Assembly: GCA_027001995.1 (NCBI GenBank)
Contig: JALTLO010000186.1
Coordinates: 1 to 26,615, forward strand
DNA from: Planctomycetota bacterium
Lineage (GTDB): Bacteria > Planctomycetota > GCA-002687715 > DRQF01
DNA length: 26,615 bases
Reading direction: 5' to 3'
Below are positions 25,204 to 26,615 of this stretch, piece by piece. The notes under the pieces are model-generated. The model had not been told where the DNA came from. It made no database searches and was given only the letters and a program-made list of their open reading frames with translations. Each line of letters starts with the position of its first letter. The stretch's first letter is position 1. The position numbers were made by a program, and so were the translations under genes.

Positions 25204-26235
25204 ATGACGCTTTCATTCACTTTTCGTGTTCTTGTCATTGTGGCCGTCGGATTGACCAGTGCATGTGCGAATCGACCGGACTGGCGTGGCAAGCGCGTTC
25301 CCCATGGGGAGGAAGAGGAAAGAACTCCGTCTCGGGTCATCACTATGCCGAAGCAGGGCGCGGCGGCAGCCTCTTTCTCTCAGGAATCTCTGGTGGGGAA
25401 AGGGCCTGATTTTCTGGCGTTTTCAAAAGCCGATGATCGTGTCATTGCCCGGGTCGGAGATGAAGAACTCCATAAAAGTCAAGTCTTTGATGCCATGGTC
25501 GAAACTCAGCCAGAACAGGTGAGGGCGACGATCGCCGTATTGCTTGGTAATCGAGTTTTGGCAGCCCAATGCGAAAACCACAACATCAGAGTAGATGACC
25601 GTGAAATCGCAGCCTGGTTTGCTGGCCACCGTAATTTGATGCTTCAGCAAGCTGTCGTCGACTTTGGCAAGGGGACTGACTTTCGCACTTGGGTTCGGCT
25701 TCGTTTTGGCCAGTCCCTTGCTGATTACGAAAGGATCGCCTGCAACCGAGAGAAGGCAAAAAGGCTCTTAGGGCGCTTGATTCGCTTCTTCGAACTCAGG
25801 GAAGATCGAGTGCAGATCCGCATCATCAGTATGACCAACAGAAATCAAGCGGTCGCGGTTCAAAAACGTGCCCTTGAAGGCGCCGATTTTGCCACTTTAG
25901 CGGAGCAGAACAGTGTGCATCCTTCTGCGGAATCAGGAGGGCTCATGCCGCCGATTTGGCGAGCTTCCTTGAATCCGGCGTTGGACGAAATTGCTTTTGA
26001 GCTCCCCATTGGTGTGATCAGCGATATTGTTCAAGCCGAAGACCAAAGTCACCGCCAGAGATACCAGATTATTAAAGTGATCAAACGTATGCCTGGTGAT
26101 CCTCAGCTCAGCTATGCTTCGGTGGAAGACAAGATCATAGCTGGCCTTGCCAATCAACCTCTTACCCAAGATGAATGGTACATGTGGCAGTTGAAGCTGG
26201 AAAAAATGGCCAAAATGAGCGTCGAGTCGTTTTAG
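25204..26235 (+). CDS. PrsA/SurA-like parvulin-type peptidyl-prolyl isomerase / foldase lipoprotein
   Basis: ATG at 25204 after GGGGGA gives a lipobox signal (VGLTSA|C); 'VIARVGDEEL'; 'GADFATLAEQNS...GG....AFELPIGVISDIV...IIKV' rotamase domain. The ORF-track start at 25084 is probably too early. Confidence 0.82.
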   Translation: MTLSFTFRVLVIVAVGLTSACANRPDWRGKRVPHGEEEERTPSRVITMPKQGAAAASFSQESLVGKGPDFLAFSKADDRVIARVGDEELHKSQVFDAMVETQPEQVRATIAVLLGNRVLAAQCENHNIRVDDREIAAWFAGHRNLMLQQAVVDFGKGTDFRTWVRLRFGQSLADYERIACNREKAKRLLGRLIRFFELREDRVQIRIISMTNRNQAVAVQKRALEGADFATLAEQNSVHPSAESGGLMPPIWRASLNPALDEIAFELPIGVISDIVQAEDQSHRQRYQIIKVIKRMPGDPQLSYASVEDKIIAGLANQPLTQDEWYMWQLKLEKMAKMSVESF

Positions 26236-26402
26236 CTATGAAGCTTCCTTGGGTGAGTGTTGATTGGGGAAAAAATCGGGCGCTGGGGAAGTGGGGCCCC
26301 CAGGATCTTAAAGAGAGACAAACGACCTGCCCTCTCAGCCTTCCTCTGTCTGCCTAGGTGGTTAGACTGTTGCCTCAGCTTAATGGACTTAAAGGACGAA
26401 TC

Positions 26403-26615
26403 ATGCCCGAGCTTCAGCCAGAAGAAGAGACTCCTAGGACACCAGAAGGTGAGGTCGAGGAGATCGTCCCGTCCAAGGAAGAATCTGATCCGGGACTCTA
26501 CCCTGAGGAAGCTTCACTGAGTCCTGCCGCTGATTCGCCGGTTGAAGAAAAGGCAGAGGTTGAAGACGATGGTCGTCGCAAGCGACAATGGGGCCAAGCC
26601 CGGGTGGAAGCGGCA
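26403..26615 (+). CDS. 3'-truncated ORF with acidic/Pro-rich N-terminus, product unknown
   Basis: AAGGA 6-7 nt before ATG 26403; open to the window end (MPELQPEEETPRTPEGEVEEIVPSKEESDPGLY...KRQWGQARVEAA). Confidence 0.55.
   Translation, partial: MPELQPEEETPRTPEGEVEEIVPSKEESDPGLYPEEASLSPAADSPVEEKAEVEDDGRRKRQWGQARVEAA

Noticed and set aside
26257..26520. 87-aa + strand ORF
   Set aside because: No RBS or motifs; the overlapping frame starting at ATG 26403 has a better RBS and protein-like composition.

Overview
Bacterial window, with all intact genes on the + strand. The protein styles suggest Planctomycetota or a similar lineage (inference only). The left part holds a 5'-truncated membrane/TPR protein of the TMTC-like type, rsmE, and an FHA-GAF-AAA+-HTH sigma54-type enhancer-binding protein. 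A ~2 kb accessory insert follows, with an Rpn/YhgA-family nuclease (probable internal RpnS start) and a remnant of a type I restriction subunit. The core is an ~18 kb apparent operon (7031-25072) behind a good sigma54 -24/-12 promoter, ending at a strong hairpin plus T-tract. It encodes an unusual type IV filament (T2SS/T4P-like) system: a tandem-FHA membrane protein with a CBM-like domain, a PilM-PilN fusion, a PilO-like protein, a 1012-aa membrane-anchored TPR protein, five prepilins in the order G-H-K-J-I, and a secreted Zn-finger-tailed protein. The minor pilins carry LamG-like lectin domains and repeated beta-modules resembling phage virion proteins, and the GspK-like tip protein is 1713 aa. 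No ATPase, platform protein, secretin or prepilin peptidase is in the window. A parvulin-type lipoprotein and a truncated ORF end the window. All family calls come from motif recognition by eye; no searches were run.
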